The position numbers and the translations under genes were made by a program. This document shows, in pieces, positions 56,901-64,000 of a stretch of DNA of 64,000 nucleotides. This DNA is from Pseudomonadota bacterium (lineage in GTDB: Bacteria > Verrucomicrobiota > Verrucomicrobiia > Limisphaerales > SXTU01): assembly GCA_009922615.1 (NCBI GenBank), contig RFVF01000007.1:30006-94005 (forward strand), in the 5' to 3' direction. Each line of letters opens with the position of its first letter. Position 1 is the first letter of the stretch. The notes below the pieces were generated by a model, which saw only the letters and a list, made by a program, of their open reading frames with translations, was not told the DNA's origin and ran no database searches.

Positions 56901-57273
56901 TCCCGCGCAGCAAGGCGACGGCGTGCTGGCGCGCATCGTCAGCAGCCGCACGGGTGTCATTGGCGAAGCGGTCGCGAGGAACGGCACGGCGGAAATCAAA
57001 GCCGGCGACCTCGCGGTGCAGGCCGGCGACACGCTGGACTTCATCGTCGAATGCCAGGCGGATGACAACAGCGACAGCTTCAACTGGGCTCCGAAGCTCA
57101 AATTCACCGATCCCGTGAAGCGCTCCAAGCAGCTCCCGCCCGGTTACGAAACCGCGTGGGACGCGAAGGCGGACTTCACCCGGCAGCGCACCGAGTCCCC
57201 GAAGAACCTGACGGCGTGGGAAAAAATCGCGCACCTTCTACTCGTGTCCAACGAAGCGGCATTCGTCGATTGA
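53956..57273 (+). CDS. Planctomycete cytochrome c / DUF1549 / DUF1553 protein
   Basis: CLKCH, HWAFQP, YGERWGRHWLDVARYADT, CGRCHDHKYDP, NPLTARVIVNRVW, PQQALFLMNS. Confidence 0.94.
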   Translation: MVRLFTFIFVLTALGARAAESATSHDFFENKIRPLLIEHCLKCHDGAATDKPKGGLALDTRAGWERGGEHGPAIVPGQPDKSLFIRSIRYTDKELQMPPKGKQLTPQQIALFEEWVRLGAPDPRTGKPSGPPLSDPTVVKNHWAFQPVKDPPVPQVRNSQFAIRNSIDAFVLAKLAPKNWTLSPPADKRTLIRRAYFDLHGLPPSIAEVEAFVADKSPDAFAKLVDKLLASPRYGERWGRHWLDVARYADTKGYLAGDEQRRFAFSYTYRDYVIRSFNEDTPYDRFLTEQIAADHLPLGDDKRALAGLGFLTLGRRFLNNTADIIDDRIDVVTRGTMGLTVQCGRCHDHKYDPVSTKEYYSLYGIFASSHEPTEKPLLGTQPDPMQHAAYLAEKKKREEEMEKYRVEQLDKQLANLRKRSADYLLAADEVDPKVARASAGASRQNRDKYFQERKLVPAVVARWQDFLAKAAKANSPGSVWSLWHAYAKLPDTNFAEEAVKVDTSNAPLAIRSSFANPPKTMKEVAERYGKLLTDADAATPHADKDKEALRLALRAADAPPNLPAPENDTLLEDARPRLRQLKAKIDEVDATHAGAPPRAMALLDNASPTKPYVFVRGNPGNRGPEVERGFLQIASAGKLTPFPSKSSGRLELARAITSADNPLTARVIVNRVWSWHFGQGLVRTPSDFGVRSDPPSHPELLDWLAMRFVADGWSIKKLHRLIMLSATYQQASDDRAECVKADPANTLLWKFNRQRLDFEQFRDSLLLASGKLDLATGGLPVDLTTQPFSGRRTVYGFIDRQNLPPMFRTFDFASPDVSASQRFQTTVPQQALFLMNSPFVLQQAQALAARDDFKEFTTDEGRIAFLYETIYQRRPVAEELAMAKTFLKAPVEKPADAVPNAGWHYGYGEFDSGTQRVKRFTPFAFFTGGQWQVGKDFPDQQLGHLLLRAEGGHPGRDAAHAVIRRWIAPRDGTVAVSGALTHPAQQGDGVLARIVSSRTGVIGEAVARNGTAEIKAGDLAVQAGDTLDFIVECQADDNSDSFNWAPKLKFTDPVKRSKQLPPGYETAWDAKADFTRQRTESPKNLTAWEKIAHLLLVSNEAAFVD
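54422..54452. repeat. Heptamer tandem repeat TTCGCAA x4 inside coding sequence
   Basis: TTCGCAA x4 plus TTC; reads VRNSQFAIRNS. Confidence 0.9.
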
Positions 57274-57278
57274 AGCGC

Positions 57279-58361
57279 ATGACGCGCCTCCGCAATGTGT
57301 TTTGCGTCGTGGCCGACTGTCACGCGCCGTCGGGCCATTACCGGTCGCTGTGGCAACGCCATTTCTACGAGGGCCTGCGCGCCGTGGTGGACCGGCTCGC
57401 GCTCCCCGAAAACCTCGATTGGACCTGGGCGCGCCGCCCGACGGCCGAGCACGGGGACGCCCGCGCGCGCACCAGCGAAGCGTTGGCCGAACAAATCCTG
57501 CGCACCCGCGCGGCGCACGGTCTGGACGCCGTCATCTCCTACTGCTTCGCGCGCGACCTGGACCCGGAAGCCGTGCGGCGCGTCGTCGCGGCGGGCGTGC
57601 CGTGGGTGAATTTCTTCTGCGACAGCACCTATCGCTTCGCCGAAGTCGAGCCGCTCGCAAGCGTTGTCTCGCTCAACTGGTTTGTTGAGCACTCAACCAT
57701 TCCCGACTACCGCGCGCTGGGCGTGCCGTTCGTCTGCCTGCCCTACGCCTTCAACCCCGCGCATTTGCCCGACTGTCACGGCGGCCCCGTGACGCGCTCA
57801 GCGGCCTTCATCGGCATGCCCACCGGCCCGCGCGTGGCGCAGCTCGGCCAACTGCTCGCCGCCGGGGTGGCACTGGAAATTCGCGGCCCGGGCTGGGACA
57901 CGGAACCCGCCGGCGAGGACGCGCGGCAGGCCATGTCATTTCACGGCCTGAGCGACCACCTGCACCGGCAATCGCACTGGCCCGCCGTCCATGCGCACGC
58001 TCAGGGCCCGCTGCCCGACGACGAACTGCCGGCCTACCTGCGCGGCTGCCAGGTCGTGCTAGGCTTGAACCAGGCGCTCGATGCGCACGGCCGCCACCTG
58101 AGCTACCTCAAACTTCGCGACCTCGAATTCCCCGGCCACGGCTGCTGCTACCTCACGGAGCACAACGCCGATGTGGCCGCCGCGCTCGATGTGGGCCGCG
58201 AAGTGCTGACCTACCACTCGCTCGAGGAAGCCGCGTTGCAACTGCTCGAACTGCAACATCAACCCGCCCGCGCCGCACAGATCGGAGCCGCCGGTCGCCG
58301 CCGCGTGCTGGCGGAACACACCTGGGCCGCGCGCCTGCCGGAGTTGGCGGCCGTGCTGTGA
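57279..58361 (+). CDS. CgeB-like glycosyltransferase
   Basis: LKLRDLEFPG, YLTE, GRRRVLAEHTW; ATG at 57279. Confidence 0.82.
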   Translation: MTRLRNVFCVVADCHAPSGHYRSLWQRHFYEGLRAVVDRLALPENLDWTWARRPTAEHGDARARTSEALAEQILRTRAAHGLDAVISYCFARDLDPEAVRRVVAAGVPWVNFFCDSTYRFAEVEPLASVVSLNWFVEHSTIPDYRALGVPFVCLPYAFNPAHLPDCHGGPVTRSAAFIGMPTGPRVAQLGQLLAAGVALEIRGPGWDTEPAGEDARQAMSFHGLSDHLHRQSHWPAVHAHAQGPLPDDELPAYLRGCQVVLGLNQALDAHGRHLSYLKLRDLEFPGHGCCYLTEHNADVAAALDVGREVLTYHSLEEAALQLLELQHQPARAAQIGAAGRRRVLAEHTWAARLPELAAVL

Positions 58362-58398
58362 ACTACGGGAAATTGCCACTTGCGAGCGACGAGCGGCG

Positions 58399-59814
58399 GT
58401 GGACACTCTCACCGAGTTGAAAGATTCCTTTCGGTCATTCATCCGCCGCGTGCTGGGCTCGGCTTTGCTGTGGTCGTGGGGCATGAACGCCTTGCGCATC
58501 GGGGCCACGCTCATCCTGCTGCCGCTGCTACTGCGCCACCTCGCGCCGGCGGAGCTGGGCATACACTACCTGCTCGCCAGCCTGATGGTGCTGGCACCGC
58601 TGTTGGATTTCGGCTTCAGCAACGCCTTGTGGCGCGCAGTCGCGCACGCTCAGGCGGGCGGGCGCGAGTTGCCGACGGAAGGCTTGGCCGACGCACCTGC
58701 GGCCGATTCTCCGGCGAATCACACCTTGCAATGGCATTTGCTGCACACGGCACGCCACACCTGCGCGCGGCTGGCGTGGATCGCCGCACCGGTGTTGGCG
58801 CTGGGCGGTTCGGTGGCGGTCGCCGCGCGCATCGCGGAAGTGCCCGCGCCTGCGCAGGCGTGGGCGGCGTTGGCGCTAACGTGGCTCACCGCCGTGGCGG
58901 AAGTGCATACCGGCTGGTGGGGGATGTTCCTACTCGGGCTGAACCGGCCGGTGGATTACGCGCGCTGCAATCTGATCGGCTACGCGCTGCGGCTCGCACT
59001 GGCCGCGCTGCTCCTGTGGCTAGGCGCGGGTGTGGTGAGCGTGCCGGCAGCGGCGTTGGCGGGCGTGGCGGTGCAACGCGCATTGATGCGGCGCGAATGC
59101 CGACGGCACTTGCCCATGCCGGAGCCGGCGAGCGAGCGGTCAGTCGTGCGGATGCTGGCGGAGCGTCTGTGGCCGAACGCACGACGCATGGGCGCGGTGT
59201 CCCTCAGCGGTTTTCTCGGCACGCAGGCTTTATTGTTAATCAGTCTCGCGTGTTTTGGCCTCACGGCGACCGGCCAGTTCGGATTGTCGCTCCAACTGAT
59301 GACCGTGAGTCAGGGCATGGCCGCCGTTTGGATGAACGTGAAATGGCCCGAGCTGGCGCAGCGGCGCACGCGCGGTGATCTCGCGGGCCTGCGCACGCTG
59401 ATGCGGCGTCGCCTCTGGCCCGCGCTGCTCACGTGCGCGGCGCTAAGTGGTGGAGCCATGCTGCTCGCGCCGCCGTTGCTGGCGTGGTTCGCGCCGGACA
59501 AAGCCGCGCTGCCGGCCGCGTGGCTCGCAGTGATGGCAGTGACGGCACTGTTGGAATTGCACTTGTCTTTCTGGGGCGTGTTTTTGTTCGCGGGTAATCA
59601 AGTGCCCTACGTCTGGCCGGTCGTGGGTAGCAACGTCGCAAGCCTGCTCCTCGCCGCCTGGCTCGCCACCCATTCGCCGCTCGGCCTCGGCGCGCTGGCG
59701 CTCGCGCCGCTGCTCGTCGGACTGGCGTTCAACTACTGGCACTGGCCGCGCGTGGGCGCGGCGCAACTCGGCGTGACCTGGCCGCGCCTGATGCTCGCGC
59801 GCACTCCGGCTTGA
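58399..59814 (+). CDS. Wzx-like polysaccharide flippase
   Basis: About 12 hydrophobic segments; LLPLLLRHL..ELG..Y, LLDFGF. Confidence 0.8.
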   Translation: MDTLTELKDSFRSFIRRVLGSALLWSWGMNALRIGATLILLPLLLRHLAPAELGIHYLLASLMVLAPLLDFGFSNALWRAVAHAQAGGRELPTEGLADAPAADSPANHTLQWHLLHTARHTCARLAWIAAPVLALGGSVAVAARIAEVPAPAQAWAALALTWLTAVAEVHTGWWGMFLLGLNRPVDYARCNLIGYALRLALAALLLWLGAGVVSVPAAALAGVAVQRALMRRECRRHLPMPEPASERSVVRMLAERLWPNARRMGAVSLSGFLGTQALLLISLACFGLTATGQFGLSLQLMTVSQGMAAVWMNVKWPELAQRRTRGDLAGLRTLMRRRLWPALLTCAALSGGAMLLAPPLLAWFAPDKAALPAAWLAVMAVTALLELHLSFWGVFLFAGNQVPYVWPVVGSNVASLLLAAWLATHSPLGLGALALAPLLVGLAFNYWHWPRVGAAQLGVTWPRLMLARTPA

Positions 59815-59815
59815 G

Positions 59816-60706
59816 ATGAATCCCCTGCGCGCCCTGACCCGGCCTGAATACGCCTTCCGACCCCGGCAGGTGTTCACACGTTTGTGCCGCGCGCTGACGG
59901 CGCGGCCCGCCTGCGCTGAGGTGCGGCTGCCGTGGGGCGACACGGTGCGCGTGTGTCCGCACGAGACCATCGGCTCGGACATCTGGCATCTCGGCTTGTT
60001 TGATTTGCCCGTGGCCGAAGTGCTCTGGCGGCTGCTGGAAACTGGCGAACGCGCCCTAGACATCGGTGCGAATCTCGGCCAAATGACGAGTCTGTTGCGC
60101 TGTAAGGCCGGGCCGACTGGGCACGTCATCGCCTTCGAGCCGCACCAGGAATTGTTTGCAGCACTCGAATTTTTGCGCGACGCGCCGGTGAACCAGCGCC
60201 GCGTCGCGCCGCTCGGACTGGTGCAGGCGGGCTTGAGCGATGCCGCAGGCCAGGCGTGGCTCGATCCCGGGCCGCAGTGGGCAGCCAACCGGGGCTTAAG
60301 CCGCGTCGTCACGGCGGCCAATGGTCCGAGAGGAGTGAGCATCGAGTTGAAAACTTTGGATGAATGCGTGCCGCCCGACGCGCGCATCGGCGTTGCGAAA
60401 CTCGACGTGGAAGGTCACGAACTCGCCGTGTTGCGCGGAGCCACGCGCATACTGGCCAGCGGCGCGGTGCGCGACTGGGTGTTTGAAGATTTGGGCGCGC
60501 AACCGTCGGCGGCTACGGCGCTGTTCCAAACCCACGGCTACGCGATCTTCGTGCTGCAAACGCGCTGGCGCGGACCGGGTTTGCGCGCTCTCAATGCGAC
60601 CGCGAGCGGCGCGGACTTGCCGCACAATTTCCTCGCGACTCGCGCGCCAGAGCGCGCCCGCGAACGGCTGGCCTCTGGCGGTTGGCACGTTTTGCGCGGC
60701 GCATGA
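59816..60706 (+). CDS. FkbM family methyltransferase
   Basis: DIGANLG, AFEP, TLD, KLDVEGHELAVLRGA. Confidence 0.9.
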   Translation: MNPLRALTRPEYAFRPRQVFTRLCRALTARPACAEVRLPWGDTVRVCPHETIGSDIWHLGLFDLPVAEVLWRLLETGERALDIGANLGQMTSLLRCKAGPTGHVIAFEPHQELFAALEFLRDAPVNQRRVAPLGLVQAGLSDAAGQAWLDPGPQWAANRGLSRVVTAANGPRGVSIELKTLDECVPPDARIGVAKLDVEGHELAVLRGATRILASGAVRDWVFEDLGAQPSAATALFQTHGYAIFVLQTRWRGPGLRALNATASGADLPHNFLATRAPERARERLASGGWHVLRGA

Positions 60707-61818
60707 AACCCCGAGTTCCAGTGCGTGTGCTGCTGATTCACGGCGAAGCGATTTACTTCGGCGGTGCAGAAACCCTGCTCACACGCTTGGTCACGGCGGG
60801 GCTGGGTGCTGACGTGCAACTCACGGTGGCGCGCGTCACGGGCGGTCCGCTGGCGCGGGCGTTGCCGGCGCACGTTGCGACGGTTAATTTGCCGCCGAAC
60901 CAACCGTTTTCCCCCGGCGGTTTCCGACGGCAACTCGGCGCGTTGCCACTGGGTGAATGCGAAGTGCTGCACGCGTGGGGCACGCGCAGTTGGGAACTCG
61001 CCGCGCTCGCGGGCCAGTTGGCGAACCGACCCGTCGTCGGCACGCTACACGATCATCCGGAAGCGGATTATCTCACGCCGACGCGCCGGCGGCTGATGCG
61101 CTGGCTCGCGCGCTGGGGTTTGCAACGCGTGACCACGGTTTCGCAAACGCTGCGTGACGCGTGTGTCGCGGCGGGCTGGCCGCCGGAGAAACTGACCGTG
61201 ATTCGCAACGGCGTCACGGTGCCGCCGGCCGTGCCGCGCGTGGTTGGCCAGCCCGTGCGCTTTGGTTTTCTCGGCTCGCTCACGGCGGCGAAGGGCTTGC
61301 CCGATTTGCTCGGGAGCGCCGCCGCGCTGGCCCGTCGCGCTTCGAGTGGTTGGGAACTGCACATCGCCGGGACCGCGCAGACTCCGGCGGAGGCAGCCCA
61401 GTTGCGCACGTGGCAGGAGGCGTGGCACGACAACGCTTGGTGGGCGCAAGTTCACTGGCACGGCGGGGTCGTGGCGGAAGAGTTCCTCTGCCGCATTGAT
61501 GTGTTGATTGTGCCTTCGCGCGCGTTTGAGACGTTCAGCTTGGCATTGGCCGAGGCCGCGTTAGCCGGAGTGCCGACGATCGCGGCCAACTTCGGTGCTT
61601 TGCCCGAGCTGGTGCGTGACGGGCGAACTGGCCGACTGTTTGCGCCCGGAGACGCGGAGGCGTGCGGCACCATCATGGCCGAGTTGTTGGTCCATCCAAA
61701 CTCGATCTCCTTGATGGGTGAAGCCGCGCGCACGGTCGTCGCTCAAGAATGTTCGTTTGAGAAAATGATTGCGGCTTACCGGACCATCCTTTCTGCTGAA
61801 GCGCAAAATGGACGCTAG
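60703..61818 (+). CDS. GT4 glycosyltransferase
   Basis: GGAE, IRNGV, ETFSLALAEA (EX7E); ATG at 60703. Confidence 0.88.
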   Translation: MKPRVPVRVLLIHGEAIYFGGAETLLTRLVTAGLGADVQLTVARVTGGPLARALPAHVATVNLPPNQPFSPGGFRRQLGALPLGECEVLHAWGTRSWELAALAGQLANRPVVGTLHDHPEADYLTPTRRRLMRWLARWGLQRVTTVSQTLRDACVAAGWPPEKLTVIRNGVTVPPAVPRVVGQPVRFGFLGSLTAAKGLPDLLGSAAALARRASSGWELHIAGTAQTPAEAAQLRTWQEAWHDNAWWAQVHWHGGVVAEEFLCRIDVLIVPSRAFETFSLALAEAALAGVPTIAANFGALPELVRDGRTGRLFAPGDAEACGTIMAELLVHPNSISLMGEAARTVVAQECSFEKMIAAYRTILSAEAQNGR

Positions 61819-63316
61819 TGCCAACAATTTGGGCCGTCTGCTCGTGTTCGCGCTGATGGTGCCGTTGAGCATTTTGCTCGGCATGCTGCTCGTCACGCCG
61901 ATGTCGTTCACGAGCCTGCTGGGCGTGGGGTTGATGGCGGGGACATTGAGCTTGCCCATCTTCCTGCGGTGGCATCACACGCTGGTGATCGGGCTGTGGA
62001 ACGCGGTGCTGGTGATTCCATTTCTTCCCGGGCAACCGCCGCTCTGGGTGTTGGTGGCGGCCCTCAGCTTGACCATCGCGGTGGTGAGCCGGACGTTGCG
62101 GCATGAATCGAATTTCATTTGGGTGCGCTCGGTAGCCTTGCCGCTGTTGCTGCTCGGGGTGATCGTGGCGGTGACGGTGGTCTTCCGGGGTTTCGGTTCG
62201 CGGGCGCTCGGTTCGGAGATGTGGGGAGCCAAACGCTACCTGGGCGTGCTGGGGGCGATTCTGGGCTATTTCGCGCTGACCTCCGCCAGAATCCCGCCGG
62301 CCCGGGCCAAACTGATGGCGGGGATTTTCTTCCTGTCCGGGGTGACGGCTATTTTCAGTGACCTCGCGTTTGCGGGCGGCTCGGCATTTTACTGGTTGTT
62401 CCTCTTTTTCCCGACCGACGTGGCGTTCAACCAAGCGATAACTGCGGGCTCGTTGCAGCGGTTCACGGGCATGGCGTGGATGGCACAGGCGGGCTACTGG
62501 TTCATGTTGCTGCGCTACGGAATCCGGGGCGTGGTGGATGTGCGACGACCGTGGCGCCTGCTAGTTTTCTCCGCGCTGTTCATGGTGGGTTTGTTCGGTG
62601 GCTTTCGTTCCTCGATCATTCTCTTCGCATTGTTGTTTCTGGCCCAATTCTGGTTTGAGCGGCTGTTATGGACGAAGCTGTTCCTGGTGGTTTGTCTGGG
62701 GAGCTTATTGCTGGGTTCCCTGATCGTGGCATTTGCGGACCGGCTGCCGATGCCGGTGCAGCGCAGCCTGAGCTTCCTGCCGATTCAAGTGCATCCCGCC
62801 GCTCGTCAGGATGCGCAGGGCACGCTGGATTGGCGATTGCAAATGTGGCGGGTGGTGCTGCCAGAAGTGCCCCAATACTTATGGCTGGGCAAGGGCTATA
62901 CGTTCAGCGGCACGGATTACCAACTGATGCAGGAAGCCATCCGGCGTGGGTTGTTCACGGCATATGAGGACACGCTGGTCAGCGGCAATTATCACAACGG
63001 CCTGCTGACGCTGATCATTCCCTTTGGCCTGCCGGGCACGCTGGCGTTCACGGCCTTTCTCCTGGCCGGGTGGCGGGTGTTGCACCGCAATTATCAGCAC
63101 GGGCCCGTGTCCCTGAGCCGGGTGAACACCTTTCTGATCGCCTACTTCTCCGCCCGGCTGATTTTCTACCTGGTGTTCTACGGCCAGTTCGACATCGACC
63201 TGATGGTGTTCACGGGCGTGGTGGCGTTGAGCCTCTCGCTCAACGGTGGCGTCCATGCTCCTCCTTCTGGGCAACGCCCGCTTCCGCTGCGCCCGCCCGG
63301 ACCAGTTCCTGCGTGA
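61808..63316 (+). CDS. O-antigen ligase/polymerase (Wzy_C-like) membrane protein
   Basis: Multi-TM; GGFRS, WRLQMW, WLGKG, YHNG; ATG at 61808. Confidence 0.82.
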   Translation: MDASANNLGRLLVFALMVPLSILLGMLLVTPMSFTSLLGVGLMAGTLSLPIFLRWHHTLVIGLWNAVLVIPFLPGQPPLWVLVAALSLTIAVVSRTLRHESNFIWVRSVALPLLLLGVIVAVTVVFRGFGSRALGSEMWGAKRYLGVLGAILGYFALTSARIPPARAKLMAGIFFLSGVTAIFSDLAFAGGSAFYWLFLFFPTDVAFNQAITAGSLQRFTGMAWMAQAGYWFMLLRYGIRGVVDVRRPWRLLVFSALFMVGLFGGFRSSIILFALLFLAQFWFERLLWTKLFLVVCLGSLLLGSLIVAFADRLPMPVQRSLSFLPIQVHPAARQDAQGTLDWRLQMWRVVLPEVPQYLWLGKGYTFSGTDYQLMQEAIRRGLFTAYEDTLVSGNYHNGLLTLIIPFGLPGTLAFTAFLLAGWRVLHRNYQHGPVSLSRVNTFLIAYFSARLIFYLVFYGQFDIDLMVFTGVVALSLSLNGGVHAPPSGQRPLPLRPPGPVPA

Positions 63317-63320
63317 AGCC

Positions 63321-64000
63321 ATGCGTGTGGCGCTTGACACCAATCCGCTCCATGTCACGCAGGCCGGCGTTTCCCGCTACGTGCGCGGCCTTCTGCATGG
63401 TTTGGAGCAGGCCCGGCCCGCCGGCTGCCAATGGACGCCGTTGGCCTGGCCGGTGGACAATTTTGCTTATACCCAGCCGCAGCGCGCGCTCAAGACCGCC
63501 TTCCGCGAACTCGTGTGGGCTAACTTTAAGGCCCCGCGATCCATCCGGCGAGCCGGGGCTGGGTTGTTCCATGCCACGTCCGCTTTCCCCATCCGAGTGC
63601 CGCGCGGGACAAAACGGGTGGTTACGCTTTACGATCTGGCCTTGCTGCGGCATCCGGAGCGGTTCCGGCGCTGGCAGCTTTTTTCTGGTCGTCGGCTGCT
63701 GCGCCGGTTGGCCGAGGCTGACCGCGTCATCACCATCAGCCAGTTCACCGCGGATGAAGCCATGGCCCTGCTGGGCTTGCCGGCGAGGAAACTTTCTCCT
63801 GTGCTGCTGGGCTGGGATGCGGCCGAGGCCAAGGAATCCGCCGACGCGATTCCCGCCGGGCTACCCGGTGAGTTTTATCTGTTCGTGGGCTCCCTCGAGC
63901 CGGGCAAGAATCTCGCACTATTGCGGGAAGTATGGTCGTTGGCGGGGCAGTCTGGCCGTCCGCTGCCTCCCTTGCTTATTGTGGGAGCCCGTTGGGCGGG
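63321..64000 (+). CDS. GT4 glycosyltransferase (partial, runs off window)
   Basis: Not in ORF track. MRVALDTNPLHVTQAGVSRYVRGL...VTLYDL...ITISQFT...FVGSLEPGKNL. Confidence 0.88.
   Translation, partial: MRVALDTNPLHVTQAGVSRYVRGLLHGLEQARPAGCQWTPLAWPVDNFAYTQPQRALKTAFRELVWANFKAPRSIRRAGAGLFHATSAFPIRVPRGTKRVVTLYDLALLRHPERFRRWQLFSGRRLLRRLAEADRVITISQFTADEAMALLGLPARKLSPVLLGWDAAEAKESADAIPAGLPGEFYLFVGSLEPGKNLALLREVWSLAGQSGRPLPPLLIVGARWA

Noticed and set aside
53986-57234. Long antisense ORFs (also 20896-22851, 18853-20568, 33258-34817, 25150-26715, 4818-6227)
   Set aside because: These are shadow frames of well-supported high-GC genes and show no recognisable motifs.

Overview
GC-rich bacterial chromosome segment. 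Gene content (DUF1549/1553/1501 and DUF1592/1552 cytochrome-c pairs, an H-X9-DG prepilin-like protein) suggests Verrucomicrobiota/PVC; this is an inference. From left to right: a minus-strand Cus/Czc-type heavy-metal RND efflux operon with a Cys-rich leader ORF and a duplicated YHS-like domain; mnmG with two parS palindromes, one inside an in-frame insertion, so the window is probably origin-proximal; and an unusual 6.2-12.3 kb accessory block. That block holds nested palindromic/MITE-like elements, a ~200-bp inverted array of degenerate 21-bp units upstream of a cytoplasmic helical-repeat+FN3 gene, and a relic integron (frameshifted intI 5' stub, Pc-like promoter, attI-like site, one intact cassette and four decaying attC sites). 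After it come a secreted glycan esterase/hydrolase cluster, tRNA-Pro(GGG), glpD facing a patatin/CoA-ligase/beta-oxidation operon, DUF1549/1553-DUF1501 genes, ribBA-rsmI, and the start of a Wzx/Wzy polysaccharide locus. All family calls come from motif recognition by eye; no database searches were run.
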